Assembly: GCA_030145325.1 (NCBI GenBank)
Contig: JAQYVW010000001.1
Location: forward strand, 15,331 to 79,330
Source of the DNA: Desulfurivibrionaceae bacterium
Lineage (GTDB): Bacteria > Desulfobacterota > Desulfobulbia > Desulfobulbales > UBA5123
Length of the DNA stretch: 64,000 nucleotides
Direction: 5' to 3'
The position numbers were made by a program, and so were the translations under genes. The notes under the pieces were generated by a model that did not search any database, was not told where the DNA came from, and saw only the letters and a list, made by a program, of their open reading frames with translations. Shown piece after piece: positions 45,527-54,998 of the stretch (positions are counted from its first letter, which is position 1; every line of letters starts with the position of its first letter).

Positions 45527-48500
45527 ATGATCGATAACAACAACGACGCCATCGAATCAGATGCCCTCAAGGCGAACTTGCTGGAAACAGCGGTTGACGA
45601 AGTCACCATTGCTCCCGCCTTTGCGGTTCTCTCGGAGATAGTTAAGGATTATCAGGGGATTCGCAACAATCTCGAAGAGTTACTCTATGAGTACAGTCAT
45701 CCCTTTCATAACTGGAACCTGATCCTGCCCAAGCTCCGTGCCTTTGTCCTCAAGAATAACGGTCATTTTCGGCGTCACCCCAAGGGACCGGAAGCAGTGC
45801 CGCTTTTTGCCGGGATCTTTTTTGACGCCATTGGTGAAGCGGGTAAAAACGAATCATTATTGGGACAGGGGATTGAAGGGTTGTTGGCCTATCTCGATAA
45901 CCTCATTGCCAGCCTCGATCCCGCTACCATCAATGATTATGAAACGGCGGTGGCCTTTTGCTGGCAGCGGCTGGCGGATTTAGATGATTCGTTGTTGATC
46001 CATGTGGTGCAAGGGCATCATCCCATGAAGAAGATCGCCCTCAAGCTCCTTGATTTTTCCACCCGCCAGGATGATGCCGAGGTGCGATATGATCTGCGGC
46101 CATTGGGGCATCTAATGCAGAGAATATTTTCTCGTAACTATCTGTACTGGTTAAGTGAGGAAGATCCGTTGGTCTGGTTTACCCAGGAGTGCGGGGGGAT
46201 GTGCGAGGGGTGGCAGGCTGGTCAGTCTTTCAGGTCCATTTGCCATGAGCGGTTACGGGAACATCTGGAAACCCTGAAGGGGATCGATATCGAGGCCAAT
46301 CCCGCTGATCTGGCCAAGGTGCTGGAGTTGCCGTCACATCTGGATATAGTCCGCCTCTACAAGGAGGTGCCGACTTTACTGGTAGCGGCCCAGTTATCGG
46401 CAAGCAAGGAAAAAAATGATCGCTTTGCCGAAAACCGCAAGCTTCTCTTTCTCTTTCGGATCATGGATACCGCCGGGCTGGCCCTGATTCACGAAGAAAG
46501 CCTCCGTGAAATCAATCGTAGCCTGGTGCAGTTGATCCGCCAGCAGACCTTTGAAGAGATCGAAAGTTTTCTCCTCACCACCCTGCAATTGCTTAAAGAG
46601 AACGTCAAAAAATACCCGCACACCTCTCTCCAATGTATTCAGGTGCTTGGTTCCGAGGTTTTTAAGCGCGGCAATAGTCGCTTGGTGGAAACCTTTCTCT
46701 GGGAGGCGGTGCGGTTCGGCTTTCAGTACGCCAATGTCGCCGGGGTTGATGAAGACTGGCAACCGCTGGCCAACCCGGCCCATCTCGCTAATATCCGGGT
46801 GTGGCTAAACCTGATCATGCAGGAGCCCAAGTGGTGTTCAACCCTCTTTTCGGCCCTGATCATCAATCTTAAGCTCTCTGGAACCTGTATCAAGGATACC
46901 GATCTCTTTCAGCGCGATATTACCCGTCTGCTCAATCACCCGGTGGGGCCGGTTTATAACCTGGTCAAGCAGTTCGCCAAGCTTCTGCCGGTGTTTTTTA
47001 ACGAGATTGGCGCTGAGGGCGCGTTGCGCGATGTTTCCACCGAGTTGGACGAGACCCATCGGCGCAAGGATCTGCTCATCCATTTTCTGCGCAAGCAGAG
47101 TCATGTGGAGAGCAGTAACCTGATTGTTGATTTTATTCAGGCGATTCTTGAATTCTGGAAGAGCCGTGATAAGGAGGTGTTGTTTCCCTACCTGCCCGAG
47201 GAGGTGCTACGGCAGGTGCAGAATCGCGGCCCGTTCATCGATGATCTGCATACCCTGCTTACCCGCCTGTTTGCCGAAAAGGATATTGCCCAGGTTGCCG
47301 ATCTTCTTAACTGGGACGATCAGCGTTTGGCAACTTGGCTTGCCGAGCAGAGCGACCTTGATGCGGGCGAAACCAATCGTTTTCGGCTTCTGGTCAACAT
47401 GTATCGTCTCCTCCATCAGAAATATAATCTCGGTTTTCAGGAGATACGCCAGCAGTTAGAGCAGGCGGTGAATTCCGGTTTCCCGGAGATGGAGCAGTTG
47501 CTCATCGATCTGGAGATCTGTGACCCCTTTCAATGTTTGAACGCGCTACTTAAGCAGTTAGAATCGCTGAAGAAGATAATTGCCAGTGAGGAGGTTTTTG
47601 AGGCCAAGGAGGATATTTACTATAAACGCCATATCGCCGTTGATATCCCCTCGGTGTATGGCCGTTATCGGGAGAAGAAATTTGATGCCTTGAGCCTTAC
47701 CTTCCGCCTTGAGAATCTCGCTAACATCTATCTGGAAAAGTTGCCCAAGCAGATCAATCTCTCCTTCATCACCCGGGCCACCTTTATTCGGATTATCAAG
47801 AGTATCCGTTTATATCTGCGGGCGCTGCAGGTGGATGGGATCACCAGTCGCCAGCTGGAAACCTATATGTCCTTGCTCTCCGGTTCGCTGGGGATCAAGC
47901 GTTTTTCCTATACCCAGTATCTGGATATCTTTCGGGGCTTATCCGAGGGGGTTAAGAACGTAATTTATGCCTATTACACCAATATTCATGAGAATAATCT
48001 CTCCATCATCATCCCCCAGATCGGCGCGGAAAACCTGTTGGTCAAGTATCGTTCTCTCTGGGATGATGATGACTCGGAAAGCACCAATCATCGACTCTCT
48101 GAATCGTTCCTCCGTGATCTCATCTCCGGCACCTTTGGTCTCCAGCATCTTGATAACTTTATCTCCCGGATCTACCAGACCTTGGAAAACCAGAAGGAAC
48201 TGTTGGACGAGGAAAGCCTCGATCTGCTGATGACCTATAACCCGGAACGGGCGATAAGTTTCCTGCATCAAAAGAACCCCCGTGCCAACAACCTGATTTT
48301 GCTTGGCAACAAGGGCTATAATCTGACCCTGTTGGCTGCCGACAATAAGCCGGTGCCGCCGGGCTTTATTGTTACCACTGAGATTTTCCGCTGCTGGCCG
48401 GTGGTGAAGGCTTTTCCTCGGGCTCGGGACGAGTTTATGGAGCAATTACGTGATTCCCTCACCGAGATTGAGCAGCTAGCCGGGCGCAGTTACGGCGATC

Positions 48501-49783
48501 CCTCTGCCCCCCTGTTATTGTCGGTGCGAAGCGGCGCTGCTGTTTCCATGCCTGGGATGATGGCCACCATTCACAATGTCGGGCTCAATCTGGAGATTGT
48601 GGAAGGGTTTGCTGCTGCCACCGGGCAGGAGTATCTGGCCTGGGATAACTACCGCCGTTTCTTGCAGTCCTGGGCAATGACCCATGGGGTGCCCCGCGAG
48701 GAATTTCAGGCTTTGATGGATGCGGCCAAGATTCGCCACGGGGCCACGGTGAAGCGAGAGTTTACCCCGGCGCAGATGAAGGAACTGGCCCTGGATTACC
48801 AGAAAGCCATTCGCAGCGTCGGTATCGGCATCCCCGATGACCCCTGGTTGCAATTGGTGGGGGCGGTGGAGATGGTGCTGGATTCCTGGGACACCGATAA
48901 GACTAAAGATTACCGGGCGTTGATGGATATGTCTGAGGCGTGGGGGACGGCGGCGATTATTCAAGCCATGGTCTTTGGTAATCAGGGGCCGCAGTCGGGC
49001 AGTGGTGTTCTCTTCACCGCCCACCCCTACCGCAAGGTCCGGCGGGTGGCCCTGTGGGGAGATTACGCGGTGGGGGATCAGGGTGAGGATATTGTCAGCG
49101 GCCTGGTCTCCACCTATCCGGTTTCCGTTGAACAGGCCGAAATTGATGGCCGCTCCAAGGAAAACAGCTTGGAGGTACGCTTCCCGGAGACTTATAAGGA
49201 ACTCTTGGCGCTGGCCCGTGATCTGGTCTATGAAAAGGGCTGGAACCCCCAGGAGATTGAATTCACCTTTGAGGGGGAAGCGGCCAAGGATCTTTATATC
49301 CTCCAGACCCGCGATATGATCACGATCAAGAAGGATGAGAGCTTTGATGTTCTTGCCGATTCGGTGGATGTGGAAGCGCACCAGTTGAGTAAGTGTATCG
49401 GTGTCAGTGGTGGCGCACTGGCGGGGCGGGCAGTGTTCTCGGTGGAGAACATCCGCGCCCTTAGGCTTGAAGACCCCGATACCCCCCTGATCCTCATCCG
49501 GCAGGACACGGTGCCCGAGGATATTAAGGAGATCTCCATGGCCGATGGGCTCCTCACCGCCCGGGGCGGCCAGACCTCGCACGCCTCGGTGGTGGCGATT
49601 CGCCTGGAAAAAACCTGCTTGGTGGGCTGCAACGCCCTCAAGGTGTATGAAACCGAAGAGCGGGCCGAAATCTGCGGCCATGATATTCGTTTCGGCGACC
49701 CCATCACCATTGATGGCCGCAAAGGCTTGTTCCTTAAAGGGATGCACCCGGTGCAGCGTGAAGTACATATTTTACCTCTTTAG
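45527..49783 (+). CDS. giant PPDK-like protein: ~900-aa unknown helical N-terminal region, PPDK-type nucleotide-binding domain and phosphohistidine swivel domain, no PEP/pyruvate TIM-barrel domain
   Basis: From about GNKGYNLTLL...PVPPGFIVTTE through LLSVRSGAAVSMPGMMATIHNVGLN, WGTAAIIQAMVFGN and QGEDIVSG to LLTARGGQTSHASVVA, the sequence is collinear with pyruvate phosphate dikinase. The protein ends ~60 aa after the swivel His. The start is taken at ATG 45527; the listed alternative-codon start is at 45473. Confidence 0.78.
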   Translation: MIDNNNDAIESDALKANLLETAVDEVTIAPAFAVLSEIVKDYQGIRNNLEELLYEYSHPFHNWNLILPKLRAFVLKNNGHFRRHPKGPEAVPLFAGIFFDAIGEAGKNESLLGQGIEGLLAYLDNLIASLDPATINDYETAVAFCWQRLADLDDSLLIHVVQGHHPMKKIALKLLDFSTRQDDAEVRYDLRPLGHLMQRIFSRNYLYWLSEEDPLVWFTQECGGMCEGWQAGQSFRSICHERLREHLETLKGIDIEANPADLAKVLELPSHLDIVRLYKEVPTLLVAAQLSASKEKNDRFAENRKLLFLFRIMDTAGLALIHEESLREINRSLVQLIRQQTFEEIESFLLTTLQLLKENVKKYPHTSLQCIQVLGSEVFKRGNSRLVETFLWEAVRFGFQYANVAGVDEDWQPLANPAHLANIRVWLNLIMQEPKWCSTLFSALIINLKLSGTCIKDTDLFQRDITRLLNHPVGPVYNLVKQFAKLLPVFFNEIGAEGALRDVSTELDETHRRKDLLIHFLRKQSHVESSNLIVDFIQAILEFWKSRDKEVLFPYLPEEVLRQVQNRGPFIDDLHTLLTRLFAEKDIAQVADLLNWDDQRLATWLAEQSDLDAGETNRFRLLVNMYRLLHQKYNLGFQEIRQQLEQAVNSGFPEMEQLLIDLEICDPFQCLNALLKQLESLKKIIASEEVFEAKEDIYYKRHIAVDIPSVYGRYREKKFDALSLTFRLENLANIYLEKLPKQINLSFITRATFIRIIKSIRLYLRALQVDGITSRQLETYMSLLSGSLGIKRFSYTQYLDIFRGLSEGVKNVIYAYYTNIHENNLSIIIPQIGAENLLVKYRSLWDDDDSESTNHRLSESFLRDLISGTFGLQHLDNFISRIYQTLENQKELLDEESLDLLMTYNPERAISFLHQKNPRANNLILLGNKGYNLTLLAADNKPVPPGFIVTTEIFRCWPVVKAFPRARDEFMEQLRDSLTEIEQLAGRSYGDPSAPLLLSVRSGAAVSMPGMMATIHNVGLNLEIVEGFAAATGQEYLAWDNYRRFLQSWAMTHGVPREEFQALMDAAKIRHGATVKREFTPAQMKELALDYQKAIRSVGIGIPDDPWLQLVGAVEMVLDSWDTDKTKDYRALMDMSEAWGTAAIIQAMVFGNQGPQSGSGVLFTAHPYRKVRRVALWGDYAVGDQGEDIVSGLVSTYPVSVEQAEIDGRSKENSLEVRFPETYKELLALARDLVYEKGWNPQEIEFTFEGEAAKDLYILQTRDMITIKKDESFDVLADSVDVEAHQLSKCIGVSGGALAGRAVFSVENIRALRLEDPDTPLILIRQDTVPEDIKEISMADGLLTARGGQTSHASVVAIRLEKTCLVGCNALKVYETEERAEICGHDIRFGDPITIDGRKGLFLKGMHPVQREVHILPL

Positions 49784-49800
49784 GGCTTAGGAGAGACGGG

Positions 49801-50907
49801 ATGATTGTAGGTGTACCCAGAGAGATTAAGGAAAAAGAATTTCGGGTGGGAATGGTGCCGGCTGGGGTGGTGAGTTTGACCCATGCCGGTCACACGGTGC
49901 TGATTGAGCAGCAGGCCGGTGCAGGCAGTGGGATCAGTGATGATGAATACTGCCGGGCTGGGGCCGAGATTGTCGCCACGGCCGCCGAGGTTTATGGCCG
50001 GGCGGAGCTGGTGGTGAAGGTCAAGGAGCCGCTTGCTCCCGAGTATGACCTGCTTCGCGAGGGGCAGATTCTCTTCACCTATCTCCATCTTGCCCCGGTG
50101 CCGGAGCTCACCCAGGTATTGTTAGATAAAAAGATCATCGGCATTGCTTACGAGACGGTGCGGCCTGATGATGGCTCTCTGCCTTTGTTGGCGCCCATGA
50201 GTCAGGTGGCGGGACGGATGGCGATCCAGGAGGGGGCGCGTTTTCTCGAAAAGGAGGCTGGCGGTCGGGGTGTTTTGCTGGGTGGGGTGCCGGGGGTGGA
50301 ACGGGGCCATGTGACCATCATCGGCACTGGCACTGTGGGCAGTAACGCTGTCAAGATGGCGGTGGGGCTGGGGGCCGAGGTGACGGTGCTGGGGTTACGG
50401 ATTGATCAACTCACTGCTCTTGAAGCGCAATACGGCAGCAGGCTTACCACCTTGATATCCAACCGTCATAATCTGGAAGAGGAACTTTGCAAGGCGGATC
50501 TGGTGGTGGGGGCGGTACTGGTGGTGGGGAAGAGCGCCCCCAAGCTGATCAGCCGCGAGATGCTGGGCCTGATGAAGAAGGGGGCGGTGATCGTCGATGT
50601 CGCCATCGATCAGGGCGGCTGTCTGGAAACCTCCCATCCCACCACCCATTCCGACCCGGTTTTCGAGGTGGACGGCATCATCCACTACTGTGTTGCTAAT
50701 ATGCCCGGCGCGGTGCCCCGCACCTCCACCTTTGCCCTCACCAACGTCACTCTGCCGTTGGCCATGGCCCTGGCCGATAAAGGGGTCAAGGCTGCCGCTG
50801 GCGAGAACCTCTCTCTTCGGCGCGGGATTAACGTTTATCTTGGTAAACTGATTTGCCCGGACGTGGCGGATTCGCAAGGCAGGGTCTGTGAGGAGTTGCC
50901 ATTTTAG
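49801..50907 (+). CDS. ald: alanine dehydrogenase
   Basis: [17 protein letters not shown], the NAD motif [11 protein letters not shown], and AIDQGGC. Confidence 0.94.
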   Translation: MIVGVPREIKEKEFRVGMVPAGVVSLTHAGHTVLIEQQAGAGSGISDDEYCRAGAEIVATAAEVYGRAELVVKVKEPLAPEYDLLREGQILFTYLHLAPVPELTQVLLDKKIIGIAYETVRPDDGSLPLLAPMSQVAGRMAIQEGARFLEKEAGGRGVLLGGVPGVERGHVTIIGTGTVGSNAVKMAVGLGAEVTVLGLRIDQLTALEAQYGSRLTTLISNRHNLEEELCKADLVVGAVLVVGKSAPKLISREMLGLMKKGAVIVDVAIDQGGCLETSHPTTHSDPVFEVDGIIHYCVANMPGAVPRTSTFALTNVTLPLAMALADKGVKAAAGENLSLRRGINVYLGKLICPDVADSQGRVCEELPF

Positions 50908-50931
50908 AAAGCGACGCGCCGATATTGAAAA

Positions 50932-50971
50932 AACGCTCCGAGTCATTATTGGCTCCGGGGCGTTTTTTTTT
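50932..50971 (+). terminator. intrinsic terminator after ald
   Basis: A 9-bp stem aacgctccg/cggggcgtt (one G-U pair) with a 15-nt loop, followed by a T8-9 run. Confidence 0.72.
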
Positions 50972-51091
50972 ATTTTAGATTTGGGGAAAGTTAATGGTGG
51001 GTGAATCTGGTTCGGAAGGGTTGTAAATGTTGATCTTGCAAGTCTTGGCAGGTTGGGTGTTGTCATTGGCGCACTAGAAGCATAAAATCGT

Positions 51092-51271
51092 ACATTTTAA
51101 GTAACTACTCACCCCAAGGCCGCCAAAAATTGGCTAACCACAGGAGTTGTAACTATTTGCAGGGTGCCGGAGATTTTCGCGATCAGGCTGACGAAGCGTA
51201 TACGTCATACGTGAGGCAGCCGGATTGCGGAAAGATTCGGTACCCTGTGAGTAGTTACCATTTTAAAATGT
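51092..51271. repeat. ~21-bp imperfect inverted repeat pair enclosing 134 nt
   Basis: acattttaagtaactactcac (51092-51112) pairs with gtgagtagttaccattttaaaatgt (51247-51271). The right arm overlaps the cytochrome gene's stop codon. Confidence 0.5.
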
Positions 51272-52540
51272 CCGTCTTGAAAGGTTCGCATCAGCGGTAA
51301 CCTCCGGGATGCCATTGGAACCGGAAATGCCGCCATGGAAATGACAAGAAATGCAGCTATGGGGCTGACTGCCGGTAGGATGACAGCCGGCACAAAACTC
51401 GCCTTGTTTTTGGTATACATCATCGGTGGAAGCATGATGAACAGATTGCCAGCCTGGCAGGATGCCGGGATCATGACAACTCTCACAGAGACTACCTAGT
51501 TTATAACCGTCATCAATGGTAGTGACAGCTGAACCATTGACCTCTCTCCTGATTAGGTAAATATTTTCTGAACCATGGGGCTCGTGGCAGTCTAAGCAGG
51601 AGAGCACATAACCCATGGAAGCAGGATTATAAGGATCTTCTGCACGAAGATCGACGTCGGCATTACCCTTACCATGTTTTTCATTATTCCAGTCAATGGC
51701 GGTGAGTTTTCCGGCCGTGGTTCCGGGGTGTGCGGAAGTTGTTTCGCTTGCGGCCACCTCATATTGATGGCAGTCAAGGCAGAAACTATTGTAATCGGTG
51801 AGGTTTGAACCGTCCTCTGTGCTGCTGCCGTCGGGTTCAAAAGTCGAGGTTGAGCCGAATCGGTAAGGGGCCTGATAAGCGGCAGTAAAATCATCCATCC
51901 GTTCAGTGTCATCATCTCCCCAACGGACCCAGAGTGAAGAGCCGTGCTGGCTGGGTCGTGCCACCGGCCAACCGCGGGAGAGAGAGGTCTTGGCCGCGAA
52001 GTCATCGTTGGCGGGGTCGCCTTGGGCGGTATGGGGGTTATGGCAGCCGACGCAGGGGTTGGAGAGGGGATTGTATCCCCAGCGGGTGGAGATGAAGGTC
52101 TGGATGTCGTCAAGTTTGTGCGAGGAGGCCGAGGAGAAGGCTTCCTCGATATCGTTGAGGCCGTCATCGTAGTTGCCGGCCCGATAGCTGTAGCTTCGGT
52201 TGATGATTCCCCCTGCTTGGACGCTGCTCACTTCTGTGTGGCACTTCAAGCAGACGTTGTTGGATTGGTCGGTGTGGTTTGCAGCAAAGAGAGTATAGGG
52301 GTAGGGGGAATGCGTGTCACCTTGGACGTTGGCATGTTGTTCATGGCAGTGGGCGCAGTTGCCCTTGGCGTAGTTGAGGGAAGCGGTGAAGGTGCGGTTG
52401 ACCCCGGCAGTGGAGTTGCCATGGGCCGAGGTGAGGTAGTTGCCTCCATGGCCCATGGTTGCCGAGAGCATGAGCAATGACGACGCATGACAAATAGAGA
52501 GAAGAAAACGACGTATTGGGTATTGTTGGAGTGAAGTCAT
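51263..52540 (-). CDS. exported octaheme c-type cytochrome
   Basis: The start is set at MTSLQQYPIRRFLLSICHASSLLMLSATMG (ATG 52540), which is signal-like. Eight CXXCH motifs: CAHCH, CLKCH, CVGCH, CLDCH, CLDCH, CESCH, CAGCH, CISCH. The listed ORF extends 85 codons further upstream without support. Confidence 0.8.
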   Translation of the reverse strand: MTSLQQYPIRRFLLSICHASSLLMLSATMGHGGNYLTSAHGNSTAGVNRTFTASLNYAKGNCAHCHEQHANVQGDTHSPYPYTLFAANHTDQSNNVCLKCHTEVSSVQAGGIINRSYSYRAGNYDDGLNDIEEAFSSASSHKLDDIQTFISTRWGYNPLSNPCVGCHNPHTAQGDPANDDFAAKTSLSRGWPVARPSQHGSSLWVRWGDDDTERMDDFTAAYQAPYRFGSTSTFEPDGSSTEDGSNLTDYNSFCLDCHQYEVAASETTSAHPGTTAGKLTAIDWNNEKHGKGNADVDLRAEDPYNPASMGYVLSCLDCHEPHGSENIYLIRREVNGSAVTTIDDGYKLGSLCESCHDPGILPGWQSVHHASTDDVYQKQGEFCAGCHPTGSQPHSCISCHFHGGISGSNGIPEVTADANLSRRTF

Positions 52541-52757
52541 ACCGTCTGTTTCGCTTAGGCGCCGGTTCGCGGAGCTTACACCTAAAGTGTATGGCATGTG
52601 CGGGCAACTAGTCAACCGTTTATGTCGTTTGTGTGGGGTGTGTAGGTGGTGGGGCTTTGGCCGGGCAAGAGCAGGCCAACTACTCTTTGTCTTGCTAACG
52701 AATATGGGTTCCATTACTTTAGTGGTGATCGTTTCTTTAACTCCAGCAGGGGAAAAA

Positions 52758-53243
52758 ATGCTTAAGCCGTACCAGAAGAATATTATTGACTCCATGGTTC
52801 GTCAGGAATTATTGTTGGCCAAACTTTATAAACTGTTTGCCGGACAGTTTGCGGAGCATGGGACTCTTTGGGCCGAACTGGCCAAGGAAGAGGAGAAACA
52901 TGCCCTCTGGCTACAGCAACTCTATGAGGCTGGCGAAAAAGGGATAATTCTCTTTGACGAGGGGAAGACCAAAACCTATACCCTGAAAACCTTCATCGAC
53001 TATCAGGAAGGGATAATCGCCCGGGCCGAAAATCAGGAATTCGGTCTCGCTGGTGCCGTTGCTTGTACTTTGGATATGGAACAGTCGCTCATCGAAAAGA
53101 ACGTTTTTAGTTGTTTTGATGCCACCTCCGAAAAGGTGCGCACGGTTTTAAAAAGACTTGCTGGGGAAACGGCAAAGCACATCGAAAAGGTCCAGATGAT
53201 TAAGGCGTTAAAGGATGCGGAGCCGGTGGGGGGGGAGCAGTGA
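52758..53243 (+). CDS. ferritin-like/rubrerythrin-like four-helix protein
   Basis: The start is set at MLKPYQKNII (ATG 52758). LAKEEEKHALWL contains an ExxH motif. A second acidic/His segment, GETAKHIEK, is imperfect. Confidence 0.55.
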   Translation: MLKPYQKNIIDSMVRQELLLAKLYKLFAGQFAEHGTLWAELAKEEEKHALWLQQLYEAGEKGIILFDEGKTKTYTLKTFIDYQEGIIARAENQEFGLAGAVACTLDMEQSLIEKNVFSCFDATSEKVRTVLKRLAGETAKHIEKVQMIKALKDAEPVGGEQ

Positions 53244-54049
53244 ATACCCAGGCTCTGCTGCAACTTTTTCATGGTGGTGAGGGTAAGGGGGGCTCGCTCA
53301 ATGATCTCTTGATTTCCCATCTGGATTCTCTGGGGCTGATCAAGGACGACGCCTTACAAAAAAGCCTTTTGCAGGAGTTGCTCCGTTCTTATGTCCATTT
53401 GGAACAACGGGTGGACGGCCTGCTCAAGAACACCTTACCGGCTCAGGTTGCCGAAGAGATCAAGCACCAAGGGCAATTTTCGCCACGGGCCTGCCATTGC
53501 ACCATCCTCTTTACCGATTTTGTCGGCTTTACCCGCCTTGCCGAACTGATCCCCCAAGAGAAGTTGGTTGAGACCCTGCATCATCTTTTCTCGGGATTCG
53601 ACCAGCTGGTGGCCAGTTTTGGCGGCACCAAGATTAAGACCATCGGCGATGCTTATATGGTGGTATTCGGGGCACCGGAAGAGTTGCCGGAACATGGTGC
53701 GCAGGCCATTCGCGCTGCCCTGGCGATGATGGCCTTTGTGGACGATTTTAACCGTGAGCAACCCCATCCTTTTCAGATGCGGGTCGGTATTCACAGCGGC
53801 CCGGTAATGGCCGGGGTGGTGGGTAGGGAACGGATGCAGTTCGATGTTTTTGGCGACAATGTTAATATTGCCTCCCGTTTTGAGTCCTCGGGCTCCGCCG
53901 GGCGGATTAATGTCTCTGAGACCACCTATTTACAGGTCAAAACCCTCTTCGATTTTGAGCCCCGGGGCCGCATCGCTCTCAAGAACAAGGAGGCCATGGA
54001 GGCCTATTTTGTGATTGCGGCACGGAACGTTTCTTCATCGGCAAGGTAA
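53240..54049 (+). CDS. class III adenylate/guanylate cyclase with a short coiled N-terminal region
   Basis: Motifs ILFTDFVGFTRL, KTIGDAYMVVFGAP, RVGIHSGPVMAGVVG and FDVFGDNVNIASRFES. The GTG start overlaps the upstream TGA stop (GTGA). Confidence 0.85.
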   Translation: MNTQALLQLFHGGEGKGGSLNDLLISHLDSLGLIKDDALQKSLLQELLRSYVHLEQRVDGLLKNTLPAQVAEEIKHQGQFSPRACHCTILFTDFVGFTRLAELIPQEKLVETLHHLFSGFDQLVASFGGTKIKTIGDAYMVVFGAPEELPEHGAQAIRAALAMMAFVDDFNREQPHPFQMRVGIHSGPVMAGVVGRERMQFDVFGDNVNIASRFESSGSAGRINVSETTYLQVKTLFDFEPRGRIALKNKEAMEAYFVIAARNVSSSAR

Positions 54050-54067
54050 AGAAAGGAACAATATCCC

Positions 54068-54880
54068 ATGAGTGATAATGAGCAGATCGATTATCCCATT
54101 CAGGTAGCCGACGGAATTTACTGGGTTGGTAGCCATGATCAGGGCTTTCGCCTCTACTGTAATCCCTATCTTATCGTTGAAGACAACCGGGCGGTGCTGA
54201 TTGACGGCGGCAGTCGTTCTGATTTCGCCAGGGTGATGATGAAGATCCTCCAGGTGGGCATTGATCCCAAAAACATCGTTGCCCTTGTCTATCAGCATTA
54301 CGATCCTGATCTCTGCGGCTCAATGTCTAACCTCATCGATCTCTGTGACAATCCAGATCTTAAAATACTCTCAACCAAAGACAACAACACCTTTCTCTCC
54401 TTCTACATCCATAAGGATCGTTTTGGCCTGCAGGAGGATATCGAATCTGTTGGCCATTGTTTCACCCTCGGTAAGCGGACGCTGCGCTTCATTGCCACTC
54501 CGTACGCGCATAACGGCGGCAGTTTTGTGACCTATGATGAAACCACCCGAACCATGTTCAGCAGCGATCTCTTCGGTAGTTTTTACTACCAGAACAAGGA
54601 TATATTTTTCAGGCTCGATTCACATTGTTATACCTGCACCAGCATCCATAACTGCCCCCATGGCAAGAAGTATTGTCCGTTGCTGGCGGTTGACCAGTTC
54701 CACCGCATGGTGATGCCCTGCGAAAAGGCACTGCACTATGCCATGGGGCAGATCGGTAGATTTGATATTGACCTCGTCGCCCCTCAGCACGGCAATCTCC
54801 TGGACAACCGTAAAGATATAGACCTGCTGATCAAGCGTCTAAGCGTTATAAAGAAGGTGGGCATTGACGGTATTACCTGA
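54068..54880 (+). CDS. MBL-fold protein resembling the diiron (flavodiiron/ODP-type) lactamase-like domain, with a C-terminal Cys cluster
   Basis: YWVGSHD...NPYLIVEDNRAVLIDGGS and YQHYDPDLCGS form a variant of the HxExDH region. The Cys cluster is CYTCTSIHNCPHGKKYCP. Confidence 0.6.
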   Translation: MSDNEQIDYPIQVADGIYWVGSHDQGFRLYCNPYLIVEDNRAVLIDGGSRSDFARVMMKILQVGIDPKNIVALVYQHYDPDLCGSMSNLIDLCDNPDLKILSTKDNNTFLSFYIHKDRFGLQEDIESVGHCFTLGKRTLRFIATPYAHNGGSFVTYDETTRTMFSSDLFGSFYYQNKDIFFRLDSHCYTCTSIHNCPHGKKYCPLLAVDQFHRMVMPCEKALHYAMGQIGRFDIDLVAPQHGNLLDNRKDIDLLIKRLSVIKKVGIDGIT

Positions 54881-54998
54881 AGCGTAGTTCTCTGGGGGGA
54901 TTTTAAGTGCTACCGCTGCCGCAGGATGGCGACAGGGGCGTTTTTGTCTGTAAAGAATGTCGGGAAAAATTAAGAGGTCGCAGGACACGCCAATTTTA

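Noticed and set aside
48515-49768. 417-aa minus-strand ORF
   Set aside because: It is antisense to the PPDK-homologous part of the 45527-49783 gene, whose frame carries unmistakable PPDK motifs.
52541-52795. 85-codon N-terminal extension of the cytochrome ORF, and the corresponding + ORF start at 52587
   Set aside because: The internal ATG at 52540 gives a proper signal peptide, whereas the extension is basic and His-rich with no function. For the + gene, the ATG at 52758 follows a purine-rich RBS region and removes a Cys/Arg-rich junk leader.
54930-54955. Possible terminator hairpin (ctgccgc...gcgacag followed by gggcgttttt) between convergent genes
   Set aside because: The stem is short and interrupted, so it is too weak to list as a feature.
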